Positions 7,133 to 16,003 of a stretch of 16,699 bases of DNA are shown in pieces. The notes beneath the pieces are model-generated. The model did not search any database. It was given only the letters and a program-made list of their open reading frames with translations, and had not been told where the DNA came from. Source of the stretch: an uncultured Eubacteriales bacterium. Lineage in GTDB: Bacteria > Bacillota > Clostridia > TANB77 > RGIG9151. Each line of letters begins with the position of its first letter. Position 1 is the stretch's first letter. The stretch lies in the NCBI GenBank assembly GCA_964640345.1, contig CAZXFU010000028.1:1-16699 (forward strand). The letters are read 5' to 3'. A program made the position numbers and the translations under genes.

Positions 7133-7264
7133 ATGCTAAAAGAAGAATTATGGAAATATTTTAAGAGTACAGGTTCAATTGAAACATATTTGTTGTACAA
7201 GACGATGGAGCAATATAAAATAGAAACGTCTAAGGATTTAAATAAGGTTCTTAAAACGAAGTAA
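7133..7264 (+). CDS. yqzL: YqzL family small protein (43 aa); not in the supplied ORF track
   Basis: My own translation is MLKEELWKYFKSTGSIETYLLYKTMEQYKIETSKDLNKVLKTK. GGAGG (7121-7125) lies 7 nt before ATG 7133. Its position between era and recO and the W..F..TG....YLL.K pattern match YqzL of Bacillus and Clostridia. Confidence 0.75.
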   Translation: MLKEELWKYFKSTGSIETYLLYKTMEQYKIETSKDLNKVLKTK

Positions 7265-7284
7265 GAGATTTATTTGGAGGAAAA

Positions 7285-7995
7285 GTGGATACAAGAAAGA
7301 TAGTAAAGACTAAGGGGATAGTATTAGCTGAAACAAATTTCTCAGAAGCAGATAAAATGCTTACAATCCTTACTCCTGACTTAGGCAAAATAAGTTGTGT
7401 TGCAAAAGGAGCAAGACGAATGGGAAACAAGCTTATGGCGACTTCACAGGTGTTTGCTTTTTGCGATTTAGTGCTATATAGAGGGAATGGATTGACTTAT
7501 TATATAAATTCGGCTGAGCTTATAGAAGCATTTTATCCTCTTAGAGTTGATTACGATAAATTAGATTGTGCAATGTCATGTATTACGTTTATGAAAAAGA
7601 ATATACAAGAGAATCAGACTTCAGTGCCAATTTTGAAGTTACTTTTAAATACCATATATCTTTTGGCAGAAGGCAGTAAAAATTACGAATTGGTAAAAAA
7701 TATATATGAGTTAAAGGGCGTATGTTTACTTGGCTACAGTCCTCGTGTAGCGAATTGTGTTGAGTGTGGAAGTAAAGATATTATCGGGTTTAGCATGAAA
7801 AAAAACGGTATGGTTTGTAATAATTGTGGAATAATAGATAAGTCCTTAATTCGTATGTTGCCCGGAACAATTGCAGCAATTAGGTATATTGTGCAAAGTG
7901 ATTTAAAAAAGTTGTTTTCTTTTAATGTCACAGATGAAATAATTAAAGAATTGCAATTTTTTAATAAAATATACATCAAGGAAAAATTAGAATAA
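7285..7995 (+). CDS. recO: DNA repair protein RecO
   Basis: The N-terminal OB-fold region is KTKGIVLAETNFSEADKMLTILTPDLGKISCVAKGARR. The zinc motif is CVECGS...CNNCG. The start is GTG 7285, 4 nt after GGAGG (7276-7280). Confidence 0.9.
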   Translation: MDTRKIVKTKGIVLAETNFSEADKMLTILTPDLGKISCVAKGARRMGNKLMATSQVFAFCDLVLYRGNGLTYYINSAELIEAFYPLRVDYDKLDCAMSCITFMKKNIQENQTSVPILKLLLNTIYLLAEGSKNYELVKNIYELKGVCLLGYSPRVANCVECGSKDIIGFSMKKNGMVCNNCGIIDKSLIRMLPGTIAAIRYIVQSDLKKLFSFNVTDEIIKELQFFNKIYIKEKLE

Positions 7996-8013
7996 GAAGG
8001 GAAAGTGATTTTG

Positions 8014-8784
8014 ATGGGACTACTTGAAGGTAAAAATATTTTAATTATGGGAATAAGGAATAAATGGAGTATAGCTTGGGGAATAGCGAAATGTTGTCAT
8101 GATCAAGGTGCTAATTTGATATTTACATATAAAAGTGAAAGGGAAAAAGATTCTGTTACTACATTGATTGATGAGTTTGGCGGTAATCATATGGCAATGC
8201 AATGTAATGTTGAAAATGAAGAGGAAGTAAGTTGGGTTTTTGAAACGATTAAAAGGCAATATAAAGAGATACATGGTGTTGTTCACTGTATTGCTCATGC
8301 ACAAAAAGAGGACTTGAAAAAGGATTTTTTAGAAACGTCTAAAGAGGGTTATGCTAAAGCTATGGATGTTACGTCGTATTCCTTGATTTTAGTCACAAAG
8401 TATTCAAAAAATGTTATGGCAGACGGAGGAAGCATTGTAACTATAAGCTATTACGGAGCAAGTAAGGTTATGCCGGGATATAATTTGATGGGAGCCGCTA
8501 AAGCAGCACTAGAGGCTAACGTTAGATATCTTGCTAATGAAATTGGACCAACGGGGGTTAGGGTAAATTCTATTTCGTCAGGCCCTATAAAAACAATTTC
8601 TTCAAGAGAAATTAACGATTTTAATAATATGCTTGAAATTGTTCAGAAGAAATCACCGCTAAAAAAACCTGTTACACCTGCTGAAATAGGGGATGCCACT
8701 GTGTTTTTACTAAGTGATTTGTCACGTGGTATAACCGGCTCGAATTTGTACGTGGATAACGGCTACCACATTATGGGAATTTAG
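8014..8784 (+). CDS. fabI: enoyl-[acyl-carrier-protein] reductase (NADH) FabI
   Basis: The sequence is collinear with B. subtilis FabI as I recall it: LEGKNILIMGIRNKWSIAWGIAK, HCIAHA, SIVTISYYGASKVMPGYNLMGAAKAALEA, VRVNSISSGPIKT, FLLSDLSRGITG. The start is ambiguous among GTG 8005, TTG 8011 and ATG 8014. ATG was chosen to give MGLLEGK. Confidence 0.9.
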   Translation: MGLLEGKNILIMGIRNKWSIAWGIAKCCHDQGANLIFTYKSEREKDSVTTLIDEFGGNHMAMQCNVENEEEVSWVFETIKRQYKEIHGVVHCIAHAQKEDLKKDFLETSKEGYAKAMDVTSYSLILVTKYSKNVMADGGSIVTISYYGASKVMPGYNLMGAAKAALEANVRYLANEIGPTGVRVNSISSGPIKTISSREINDFNNMLEIVQKKSPLKKPVTPAEIGDATVFLLSDLSRGITGSNLYVDNGYHIMGI

Positions 8785-8800
8785 ATAGGAGAGAAGTTTT

Positions 8801-9343
8801 ATGGAATATAAGAAGTGTGAACATTGCGGAGAAAAGATACATATAAGAAGCCAAAAGTGCCCATTTTGCAATCAAACAGTATCAGAAGAGCCTAAAGAAA
8901 TTATAAAAGATGATGCAGAAACTACTGTAAATGTAGCCAATACGCAAAGTGAAGAAGAGAAAAATGTTATAGTTGAAAATAATATTGATACGAATGATAT
9001 AAATAATGAGGAACCAAGAATAAACTTTGAAATAGGGTCAAACGGTGAACCAAAGGATTATATTTACAAAGCTGAAGTAAGACATAGTTTAGAATACACG
9101 AATCCTATGTCAAATATTGCAAAAGTATTTATATCCGCTTTATGTACGTTCCCGATTCTTGGGCAACTTATAGGAGTTTTTTTAGGAGTGTTTTTCAGTA
9201 CTTATGAAGATACAGATAAACGTACCTTTGGCAAAGCACTTATATACCTTTCGATATTTATGTTTGTTGTGTATTTAGCATATGTAAAATATGTTATGGC
9301 TTTATTGCAAAGTGTGGATATTAATGAGTTGCTAAATGGCTAG
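8801..9343 (+). CDS. zinc-ribbon domain membrane protein (hypothetical)
   Basis: The N-terminus has CEHCG...x11...CPFCN, followed by an acidic low-complexity linker and two predicted C-terminal TM helices (FISALCTFPILGQLIGVFLGVFF and LIYLSIFMFVVYLAYV). The RBS GGAGAG precedes ATG 8801. Confidence 0.7.
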   Translation: MEYKKCEHCGEKIHIRSQKCPFCNQTVSEEPKEIIKDDAETTVNVANTQSEEEKNVIVENNIDTNDINNEEPRINFEIGSNGEPKDYIYKAEVRHSLEYTNPMSNIAKVFISALCTFPILGQLIGVFLGVFFSTYEDTDKRTFGKALIYLSIFMFVVYLAYVKYVMALLQSVDINELLNG

Positions 9344-9350
9344 AAAATGG

Positions 9351-9387
9351 AGCTCGTTAGAGAAATCATCTAACGAGCTTTATTGTG
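9351..9387 (+). terminator. rho-independent terminator
   Basis: An 11-bp stem pairs AGCTCGTTAGA (9351-9361) with TCTAACGAGCT (9369-9379) around a 7-nt loop, followed by TTATTGTG. Confidence 0.7.
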
Positions 9388-9420
9388 CAGTAAGTAATTA
9401 AATAATCCGGAGGTTGAGAT

Positions 9421-9951
9421 ATGAGAGTAGTTGTGGCGTCTGACATACATGGATACGTTTATTACGCAAAGAAACTAATAGAAAGATTTAAATCAGAAAA
9501 GGCAGAGCAGTTAATTTTATTGGGAGACATTTATTATCATGGTTCTGGCACCAGTGAAGAATATGATGAAGAGAAAGTGAAAAGTTTACTTAATGATATG
9601 TGGGATAAAATAGTTTGTACACGTGGTAATTGTGATAACGAAGTAGACGAGATGGTTTCAAGATTTTCATTTATTGATTCGTTAGAACTTAATATCGGTA
9701 AAAAGAAGGTTTATTTAACACATGGAAATAGAATAAATTGGGAGTTCCCGCATTATTACGGAGATATTATTATATTTGGGCATCTTCATAAAGGTTTTAT
9801 AAAAAAAGAGCAAGACATTATTATAGCCAATACAGGTTCTGTTTCACTTCCGAGAGGCGGAACGGAAAATAGCTATATTGTGCTTACAGATAATACAATT
9901 GAGCTAAAAAACTTAGATGGAAAGGTACTTGATCGCAAAGAGCTAAATTAA
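9421..9951 (+). CDS. metallophosphoesterase, YfcE/MJ0936-type phosphodiesterase
   Basis: The ordered calcineurin-like motifs are present: SDIHG, LGDIYYHG, RGNCD, THGN and GHLH. The RBS GGAGG precedes ATG 9421. Confidence 0.85.
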   Translation: MRVVVASDIHGYVYYAKKLIERFKSEKAEQLILLGDIYYHGSGTSEEYDEEKVKSLLNDMWDKIVCTRGNCDNEVDEMVSRFSFIDSLELNIGKKKVYLTHGNRINWEFPHYYGDIIIFGHLHKGFIKKEQDIIIANTGSVSLPRGGTENSYIVLTDNTIELKNLDGKVLDRKELN

Positions 9952-10015
9952 TTAGTAATGTACTTGCACATGAAATAGGCTTAATTTAATGCAAAAAATT
10001 GGCGTATAAATGCTT

Positions 10016-10044
10016 TTGACAAATAATGAGAAATAGTATATAAT
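10016..10044 (+). promoter_or_regulatory. consensus sigma-A promoter for the YebC-family gene
   Basis: TTGACA (10016-10021), an exact 17-nt spacer, then TATAAT (10039-10044). Confidence 0.65.
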
Positions 10045-10086
10045 ACATACGCATTATAAATGAAGTTTTTTGAAAGGGGTTATATT

Positions 10087-10809
10087 ATGTCAGGACACTC
10101 AAAATGGGCGAATATAAAAAATAAAAAGGAAAAGGCGGATTCTGCAAGAGGTAAGATTTTTACTAAGATTGGAAGAGAGATTGCTGTTGCTGTAAAAGCA
10201 GGTGGACCTAACTTAGATGCTAACTCAAGATTAAGAGATGTTGTTGCTAAGGCTAAGGCTGCCAATATTCCTAATGACAATATTGAAAGAAGTATAAAAA
10301 AAGCTGTCGGAGATGGTGATACTACAAATTACGAGGCTTTGATGTATGAAGGATATGGTCAAGCCGGAGTTGCTATTATTGTTGAGGCTTTAACGGACAA
10401 CAGAAACAGAACTGCAGGAGATATGCGTCATTTATTTGATAAGCATGGAGGAAATTTAGGGCAATCAGGTTCTGTTAGTTATATGTTTGATAGAAAAGGT
10501 GTTATTGTTATAGAGAAAGATGATAAATTAAACGAAGAAGAATTAATGATGATGGCACTAGATGCCGGAGCAGATGATTTTTCGGCTGATGATGAATGTT
10601 ATGAGATTATTACTTCTCCCGAAACTTTCTCGAGTGTTAGAGAGATGCTAGAAACTAACAAGCTTAATTTTATTGAGGCAGAAATTAAATATGTCCCTCA
10701 AAATTATGTGGCTGTTAGCGAAGAAACTGCTGTGAAGCTCCAAAGATTGATAGATGCGTTAGAAGATAATGATGATGTTCAAAGTGTTTGGACTAACTGG
10801 GATGAATAG
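10087..10809 (+). CDS. YebC/PmpR/TACO1 family protein
   Basis: The family-diagnostic N-terminus [27 protein letters not shown] is present, followed by [26 protein letters not shown] 10087 lies 7 nt after AAAGGGG. The track start at 10060 has no RBS. Confidence 0.9.
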   Translation: MSGHSKWANIKNKKEKADSARGKIFTKIGREIAVAVKAGGPNLDANSRLRDVVAKAKAANIPNDNIERSIKKAVGDGDTTNYEALMYEGYGQAGVAIIVEALTDNRNRTAGDMRHLFDKHGGNLGQSGSVSYMFDRKGVIVIEKDDKLNEEELMMMALDAGADDFSADDECYEIITSPETFSSVREMLETNKLNFIEAEIKYVPQNYVAVSEETAVKLQRLIDALEDNDDVQSVWTNWDE

Positions 10810-10821
10810 TTTGTTTGTATG

Positions 10822-10851
10822 AGGTCGAGTATTATATCGGCCTTTTGTTTT
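10822..10851 (+). terminator. probable rho-independent terminator after the YebC-family gene
   Basis: AGGTCGA (10822-10828) pairs with TCGGCCT (10837-10843) in a 7-bp stem with one G-T pair, followed by TTTGTTTT. Confidence 0.45.
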
Positions 10852-10868
10852 GCAAAAAGGAGAATTTT

Positions 10869-13208
10869 ATGAAAAAGAAAATTGAGCTTTTATCTCCTGT
10901 CGGAGGTTATGAACAATTTATTGCTGCAGTTGAAAGCGGTGCGGATGCTGTGTATTTAGGTGGCTCAGCCTTTAACGCCAGAAATTCTGCGGCCAATTTT
11001 ACAGATGATGAATTAAAAGAAGCTATTAAATATGCTCATATTAGAGGTGTAAAGGTACATCTTACATTAAATATTCTTATTCATGACAGCGAAATAGAAG
11101 AAGCAATAGAGTTTGCTAAAAGAGCATATAGCTATGGTGTCGATGCTTTTATTGTCCAGGATTTAGGGTTGGTTTCACTAATAAGAGAGACTTTGCCTGA
11201 TGCTGTGCTTCATTTTAGTACTCAGGGGACCGTATATAGTTTAGATGGTGTAAAAGCCGTAGAAAAGCTTGGTTTTGAAAGAGTTGTTTTGTCACGAGAA
11301 TTAACTTTAGATGAGATTGAAAATATATGTAAAAACTCTGATATGGAAATAGAAGTATTTGTGCATGGTGCTTTATGTATTTCTTATTCAGGACAATGCC
11401 GGTTTAGTAGTTTAGTTGGTGGAAGAAGTGGAAACAGAGGAAAATGTGCACAGCCTTGTAGATTAAAATATACATTATGCAAGGAAAAAGATGAGATAAA
11501 GCGTGAGTACATACTTAGTCCTAAGGATTTGTGTGGTATAAATGATTTAGTAAGGCTTATAAAGTGTGGCGTTACTTCACTAAAAATAGAGGGAAGATTA
11601 AAGTCACCTGAATATGTTGCCTGTGTTACAAGTATTTATAGAAAATATATTGATTTAGCGTATGAATTGATCGAGGTCGGGCGTGAGAATGAATACAAAG
11701 TTGATGAAGAAGATATAAAAAAACTAGCACAAGTTTTTAATCGTGGCGGATTTTCACGTGGATATTATTACGGAGAATCAGATAGTAAGTTAATGAGTTA
11801 TGAAAGACCGAAGCATTGGGGAATTTATCTTGGGAAAGTCTTAGAATATGATGCAAAACGGAAACTTGTAAAGCTGGTTTTAGATGAAGACTTAAATATG
11901 GGAGACGGTATAGAAGTTGTAAACGATTTTTTACCCGGGAATATTGTAACTTATATTGAAGTTAATAAAAAGCAGGTAAAAAATGCTTTAAAAGGCGAAG
12001 TAGTTACGGTTGGAGATATTAGCGGAAAAATAAATAAAGATGATAAAGTTTATAAAATTTCAGATAAAGAACTTAATTTAAAATTAAAAGAATTTACAGA
12101 TGGTAAATGTCACAGAAAAGTTAATGTAGATATGAAACTGTACGCTCACGTTGGAGAAAATGTTAAATTAGACGTAATAGATGAAAATGGTACAGAAATT
12201 CAGTATTTGAGTGATTATGCTGCCGAACCTGCATTAAATCGTCCGTTAGACTTTCAAAATGCCTACAAATCATTGGCAAAATTAGGAGATACACCTTTTT
12301 TGTTAAATGAACTAAAAGCTGATATCGATGGTAAAGCCTTGGTGCCTATGTCTATAATGAATGAAATTAGAAGAACGGCAGTGACTAGGCTTGAAGAAAA
12401 AAGAGGTTCTTTAGAGAGAAAAGTTAATGATTCGAAAATTAAACCAATTTTGCCAGATGACAAAAAAAGAGAAACTAAAATTTCCGTATATTTATATGAT
12501 ACAAGCAATTTAGAAGGACTAGAGCTGGCAGATAGAATATATGTGCCGATAAATAGCTTTACCGAAGAACTTTGCAGTAAATTCTCAGGTAAAGAAGTTG
12601 TGCCGTATTTATATGCAGTAAGCAAAAATTGTGAGTACAATAAAGAGTATGGCAGCATTTTGCTTGGGAATGTTGAACATATTAATATATTTAAAAATGC
12701 TAAAAATAAGTATTGTGATTTTTCTTTTAATGTTTTTAACTCATATACTTGTAAAATGTTAAAGGAATTATATGGAATAAAAGGTGTTAATTTGTCTTTT
12801 GAACTTAATTTAGAGGAAATAAAGCAAATAAAAACCGATTTGGGAAAAGAGGTTACTGTTTATGGTAGATTACCTCTTATGATAAGTGAGCATTGTGCGA
12901 TTGGCTCTGAAATGACAGGTAGAACAAGATGCAATTTGTGCAAAATAAACCGGTTTTATTTAAAGGACAGGGTTGGCGAAGAATTTCCGATAATCACAGA
13001 TAAAGCTGTTTGCAGGATGCAGATATTAAATAACAAAATATTATATGTACCGGATGCTATTAGAGAATTAAATGGAAATGTTGATTATTTTAGAGTATAT
13101 TTCCTAGACGAAAACACAAATGAAAGAAGAAGAGTACTAGAATCAGTAAAAAATGGGAAAAATATTGAAAAAATAAAATATACAGGTCAGTTTTATAAAG
13201 GTGTTTAG
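10869..13208 (+). CDS. U32 family protein, long form (annotated peptidase/collagenase-like)
   Basis: The PROSITE-type U32 signature [20 protein letters not shown] is present with the Cys pattern C-x6-C-x15-C-x3-C. A second Cys-rich module lies near the C-terminus (SEHCAIGS...RCNLC...VCRMQ). ATG 10869 follows AAAGGAGA. The track start at 10815 is a TTG inside the upstream terminator. Confidence 0.85.
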   Translation: MKKKIELLSPVGGYEQFIAAVESGADAVYLGGSAFNARNSAANFTDDELKEAIKYAHIRGVKVHLTLNILIHDSEIEEAIEFAKRAYSYGVDAFIVQDLGLVSLIRETLPDAVLHFSTQGTVYSLDGVKAVEKLGFERVVLSRELTLDEIENICKNSDMEIEVFVHGALCISYSGQCRFSSLVGGRSGNRGKCAQPCRLKYTLCKEKDEIKREYILSPKDLCGINDLVRLIKCGVTSLKIEGRLKSPEYVACVTSIYRKYIDLAYELIEVGRENEYKVDEEDIKKLAQVFNRGGFSRGYYYGESDSKLMSYERPKHWGIYLGKVLEYDAKRKLVKLVLDEDLNMGDGIEVVNDFLPGNIVTYIEVNKKQVKNALKGEVVTVGDISGKINKDDKVYKISDKELNLKLKEFTDGKCHRKVNVDMKLYAHVGENVKLDVIDENGTEIQYLSDYAAEPALNRPLDFQNAYKSLAKLGDTPFLLNELKADIDGKALVPMSIMNEIRRTAVTRLEEKRGSLERKVNDSKIKPILPDDKKRETKISVYLYDTSNLEGLELADRIYVPINSFTEELCSKFSGKEVVPYLYAVSKNCEYNKEYGSILLGNVEHINIFKNAKNKYCDFSFNVFNSYTCKMLKELYGIKGVNLSFELNLEEIKQIKTDLGKEVTVYGRLPLMISEHCAIGSEMTGRTRCNLCKINRFYLKDRVGEEFPIITDKAVCRMQILNNKILYVPDAIRELNGNVDYFRVYFLDENTNERRRVLESVKNGKNIEKIKYTGQFYKGV

Positions 13209-13221
13209 CCACCGGTTATGC

Positions 13222-13250
13222 TTGAAAAAAGTAATATATAGTAGTAAAAT
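13222..13250 (+). promoter_or_regulatory. candidate sigma-A promoter for metK
   Basis: TTGAAA (13222-13227), a 17-nt spacer, then TAAAAT (13245-13250). Confidence 0.5.
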
Positions 13251-13281
13251 GGGTAATATGATAAAGGAGGAGAATATATTC

Positions 13282-14439
13282 ATGGCGAAAAAATTATTTA
13301 CATCAGAATCTGTTACTGAGGGTCATCCGGATAAAATGTGCGATGCAATATCTGACGCAATATTAGATGCAATTTATAGCAAGGACCCGAATGCAAGAGT
13401 TGCTTGCGAGACAACAGCATCTACTGGCTTGATTCATGTTATGGGCGAGATTACTACGGAATGTTATGTTGATATTCCAAAAGTAGTAAGGGATACAGTT
13501 TTAGAAATCGGATATGACAGAGCAAAGTATGGATTTGACGGAAACACATGTGCAGTTATTACAAATATTGACGAGCAGTCTCCGGACATTTCTATGGGCG
13601 TTACAAAAAGTCTTGAAGAGAAAAATTCTGAATTTGTAAGTCTTGGTGCCGGAGACCAAGGTATGATGTTTGGATATGCTTGTGATGATACACCTGAATT
13701 TATGCCTATGCCGATAGCTTTAGCACACAAATTGGCTAAGAGGCTTACTGACGTGAGAAAAAGCAAGCTGCTAGAGTATTTACGCCCTGACGGAAAGTCT
13801 CAAGTAACTGTTGAGTATGACGAAAATGATAGACCGATAAGAGTAGATACTGTTGTAATATCTACACAACATTCGCCTGATATTTCTCAAGAAGAATTGA
13901 GAAATGATATTATAAAATATGTCATAAATGAAGTAATCTCTAGTGAATTTATGGACGAAAAAACGAAGATATTTGTAAACCCTACGGGAAGATTTGTCGT
14001 TGGTGGACCTCAAGGAGACTCCGGCCTTACAGGAAGAAAGATTATTGTAGATACTTACGGCGGATATGCAAGGCATGGCGGTGGAGCATTTTCAGGCAAG
14101 GATCCAACAAAGGTTGACCGTTCGGCAGCTTATATGGCAAGATATATTGCAAAAAATATTGTTGCATCCGGACTGGCTAGAAAATGCGAAATCCAGTTGG
14201 CATATGCTATTGGGGTTGCAAAGCCTGTTTCTGTTCGTATTGATACATTTGGCACAGGATTAAAAACAGAAGAGGAACTTATAGATATTGTTTTAGAGAA
14301 TTTTGATTTGACTCCGTCGGGTATTATAAAAACACTTGATCTAAGAAGACCGATATATAAGCAAACCGCTTCTTACGGTCATTTCGGGAGAACAGATATT
14401 GATTTGCCATGGGAACGCCTTGATAAAAAGTTAGGCTAA
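13282..14439 (+). CDS. metK: methionine adenosyltransferase (SAM synthetase)
   Basis: The sequence carries [28 protein letters not shown] and the [19 protein letters not shown] signatures. ATG 13282 follows AAAGGAGGAG (13263-13272). Confidence 0.95.
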   Translation: MAKKLFTSESVTEGHPDKMCDAISDAILDAIYSKDPNARVACETTASTGLIHVMGEITTECYVDIPKVVRDTVLEIGYDRAKYGFDGNTCAVITNIDEQSPDISMGVTKSLEEKNSEFVSLGAGDQGMMFGYACDDTPEFMPMPIALAHKLAKRLTDVRKSKLLEYLRPDGKSQVTVEYDENDRPIRVDTVVISTQHSPDISQEELRNDIIKYVINEVISSEFMDEKTKIFVNPTGRFVVGGPQGDSGLTGRKIIVDTYGGYARHGGGAFSGKDPTKVDRSAAYMARYIAKNIVASGLARKCEIQLAYAIGVAKPVSVRIDTFGTGLKTEEELIDIVLENFDLTPSGIIKTLDLRRPIYKQTASYGHFGRTDIDLPWERLDKKLG

Positions 14440-14463
14440 ATTTTGCAAATATTACAAAAAAGC

Positions 14464-14492
14464 TTGACTATTAGTGGAAGATATGGTAAATT
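14464..14492 (+). promoter_or_regulatory. sigma-A promoter for the rpmG-secE-nusG-rplK-rplA cluster
   Basis: TTGACT (14464-14469), a 17-nt spacer, then TGgTAAATT (extended -10; -10 at 14487-14492). Confidence 0.6.
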
Positions 14493-14552
14493 AGTATTGC
14501 GTTCCATATAGGAGCTTTTTTTGTGTGTGAATGTAAGTTGGAGGTGTAGAAA

Positions 14553-14702
14553 ATGAGAGAGAAAATCACTTTAGCATGTAGTGAATGCAAACAAAGAAAC
14601 TATGATACAAAGAAAAACAAGAAGAATGATCCAGACAGAATCGAAATGAAAAAATTTTGTAAATTCTGCCAAAAGCATACAGAACATAAAGAAACTAAGT
14701 AA
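14553..14702 (+). CDS. rpmG: 50S ribosomal protein L33 (49 aa); not in the supplied ORF track
   Basis: My own translation is [49 protein letters not shown], with CxxC...CxxC zinc-ribbon pairs. GGAGGTG lies before ATG 14553. Its position upstream of secE-nusG is the conserved one. Confidence 0.9.
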   Translation: MREKITLACSECKQRNYDTKKNKKNDPDRIEMKKFCKFCQKHTEHKETK

Positions 14703-14714
14703 GGATGTGAAAGT

Positions 14715-14909
14715 ATGAGAAATATTGTAAAGGAAACAAACACGGAATTAAAGAAAGTTGTTTGGCCTAGTGCAAAGGATGTTGGAATGGGGACTTTGTC
14801 TGTTGTAGTTATTTCAGGACTTATTGGTGCATATATCGTTTTAGCTGATATGTGTAGTTTTAAGTTGGTCGAACTTATTACAAATGGAGTTTCCGGTTTA
14901 ATTGGGTAA
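14715..14909 (+). CDS. secE: preprotein translocase subunit SecE
   Basis: The 64-aa product has ELKKVVWPS followed by a single TM helix (LSVVVISGLIGAYIVLA). The rpmG-secE-nusG order is conserved. Confidence 0.85.
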   Translation: MRNIVKETNTELKKVVWPSAKDVGMGTLSVVVISGLIGAYIVLADMCSFKLVELITNGVSGLIG

Positions 14910-14916
14910 ATAGGGG

Positions 14917-15459
14917 GTGGCTTTATTGCCTCGTGAAGAATACGATGAGTCTGTAAGATGGTACGTTGTCCATACTTATTCAGGTTATGAAAACAAGGTA
15001 AAAGCTAATCTTGACAAAATTGTTGAGAATAGAGGACTTCAAGATCAAATCTTAGAGGTTATTGTTCCTATGGAAGAGCAAATTGAAATCAAAGATGGAA
15101 AAAGAAAAACATCTTTGAAAAAGGTTTTCCCTGGGTACGTTTTGGTTAAGATGTATATGAATGACGACACTTGGTATGTTGTTAGAAACGTCAGAGGTGT
15201 TACCGGGTTTGTGGGACCCGGAGCTAAGCCTGAACCACTTACTGATACTGAAATCTTAAATATGGGTATTGAAGAACTTGATGTAGTTGTTGATTTTGAA
15301 GTTGGCGACAATGTTAAGGTTATGTCAGGACCGTTAAAAGATTTTATTGGTATAATTGAAGAAATAAATATGGAAAAACACAAAGTTAGAGTATTAGTGT
15401 CAATGTTTGGCAGGGAAACACCTGCGGAACTTGAATTTACACAGATACAAAAAATATAG
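14917..15459 (+). CDS. nusG: transcription termination/antitermination factor NusG
   Basis: The NGN domain carries WYVVHTYSGYENKVK, and a KOW motif lies near the C-terminus (VGDNVKVMSGPLKDFIGIIEEI). The start is uncertain: GTG 14917 lies inside the G-rich RBS, so TTG 14926, 8 nt after GGGGG, is an equally good candidate. Confidence 0.9.
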   Translation: MALLPREEYDESVRWYVVHTYSGYENKVKANLDKIVENRGLQDQILEVIVPMEEQIEIKDGKRKTSLKKVFPGYVLVKMYMNDDTWYVVRNVRGVTGFVGPGAKPEPLTDTEILNMGIEELDVVVDFEVGDNVKVMSGPLKDFIGIIEEINMEKHKVRVLVSMFGRETPAELEFTQIQKI

Positions 15460-15476
15460 GAGAGGAGTGACTAAGA

Positions 15477-15908
15477 ATGGCAGCACCTAAGAAAGTTATA
15501 GGTAATGTTAAAGTACAATGTGAAGCCGGCAAAGCTAATCCAGCACCACCAATCGGACCTGCTCTTGGACCTTACGGTATTAATATTATGCAATTCTGTA
15601 AAGAATTCAATGAAAAAACTGCAAGCCAACCAGGCATGATTGTTCCGGCAGTTATCACAATTTACGCTGATAAGTCTTTCACATTTATTACAAAGACACC
15701 GCCTACAGCAGTTTTATTAAAGAAAGAAGCAGGAATTGCAACTGCATCTGCAAAACCAAACCGTGATAAGGTTGCTAAAGTTTCAAAAGAAACAGTTAAG
15801 AAGATTGCAGAAGTAAAAATGCAAGATATGAATGCAGCATCATTAGAAACAGCTATGAGTATGGTAGCTGGTACTGCAAGAAGTATGGGTATTGTTGTAG
15901 AGGACTAA
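15477..15908 (+). CDS. rplK: 50S ribosomal protein L11
   Basis: [34 protein letters not shown] is the L11 signature region. GGAGAGGAG precedes ATG 15477. Confidence 0.95.
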   Translation: MAAPKKVIGNVKVQCEAGKANPAPPIGPALGPYGINIMQFCKEFNEKTASQPGMIVPAVITIYADKSFTFITKTPPTAVLLKKEAGIATASAKPNRDKVAKVSKETVKKIAEVKMQDMNAASLETAMSMVAGTARSMGIVVED

Positions 15909-16003
15909 TTTTTTAAATTTTGTCGTCTACACAATACGGTTATTAATTTAGGGAGACTGAAAACGTGAGTTAGTAAGTCGTTTGTACCAGAGGAGGTAAA
16001 ATA

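Noticed and set aside
213-13281. N-terminal extensions in the ORF track (starts at 213, 1606, 3276, 4482, 8005, 10060, 10815, 13201).
   Set aside because: In each case an internal ATG preceded at 5-9 nt by a good Shine-Dalgarno gives the family-typical N-terminus. The extensions start inside upstream genes, promoters or terminators and use TTG/GTG or have no RBS. fabI (8005/8011/8014) is the exception: its RBS spacing to ATG 8014 is about 12 nt and its start remains ambiguous, with ATG 8014 chosen because it gives the family-typical N-terminus.
1034-15383. The fifteen overlapping alternative-frame ORFs in the supplied track: antisense 1034-1264, 1545-1748, 3254-3445, 4469-4696, 4906-5214, 5748-6005, 6352-6567, 7734-7979, 8041-8304, 10080-10280, 12263-12658, 13464-13766, 13780-14076 and 15045-15383, plus + strand 14066-14263 inside metK.
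   Set aside because: Each lies entirely or mostly inside a + strand gene whose product has clear family signatures. None has a convincing RBS, and their translations are low-complexity or hydrophobic, as expected from reading AT-rich coding DNA out of frame.
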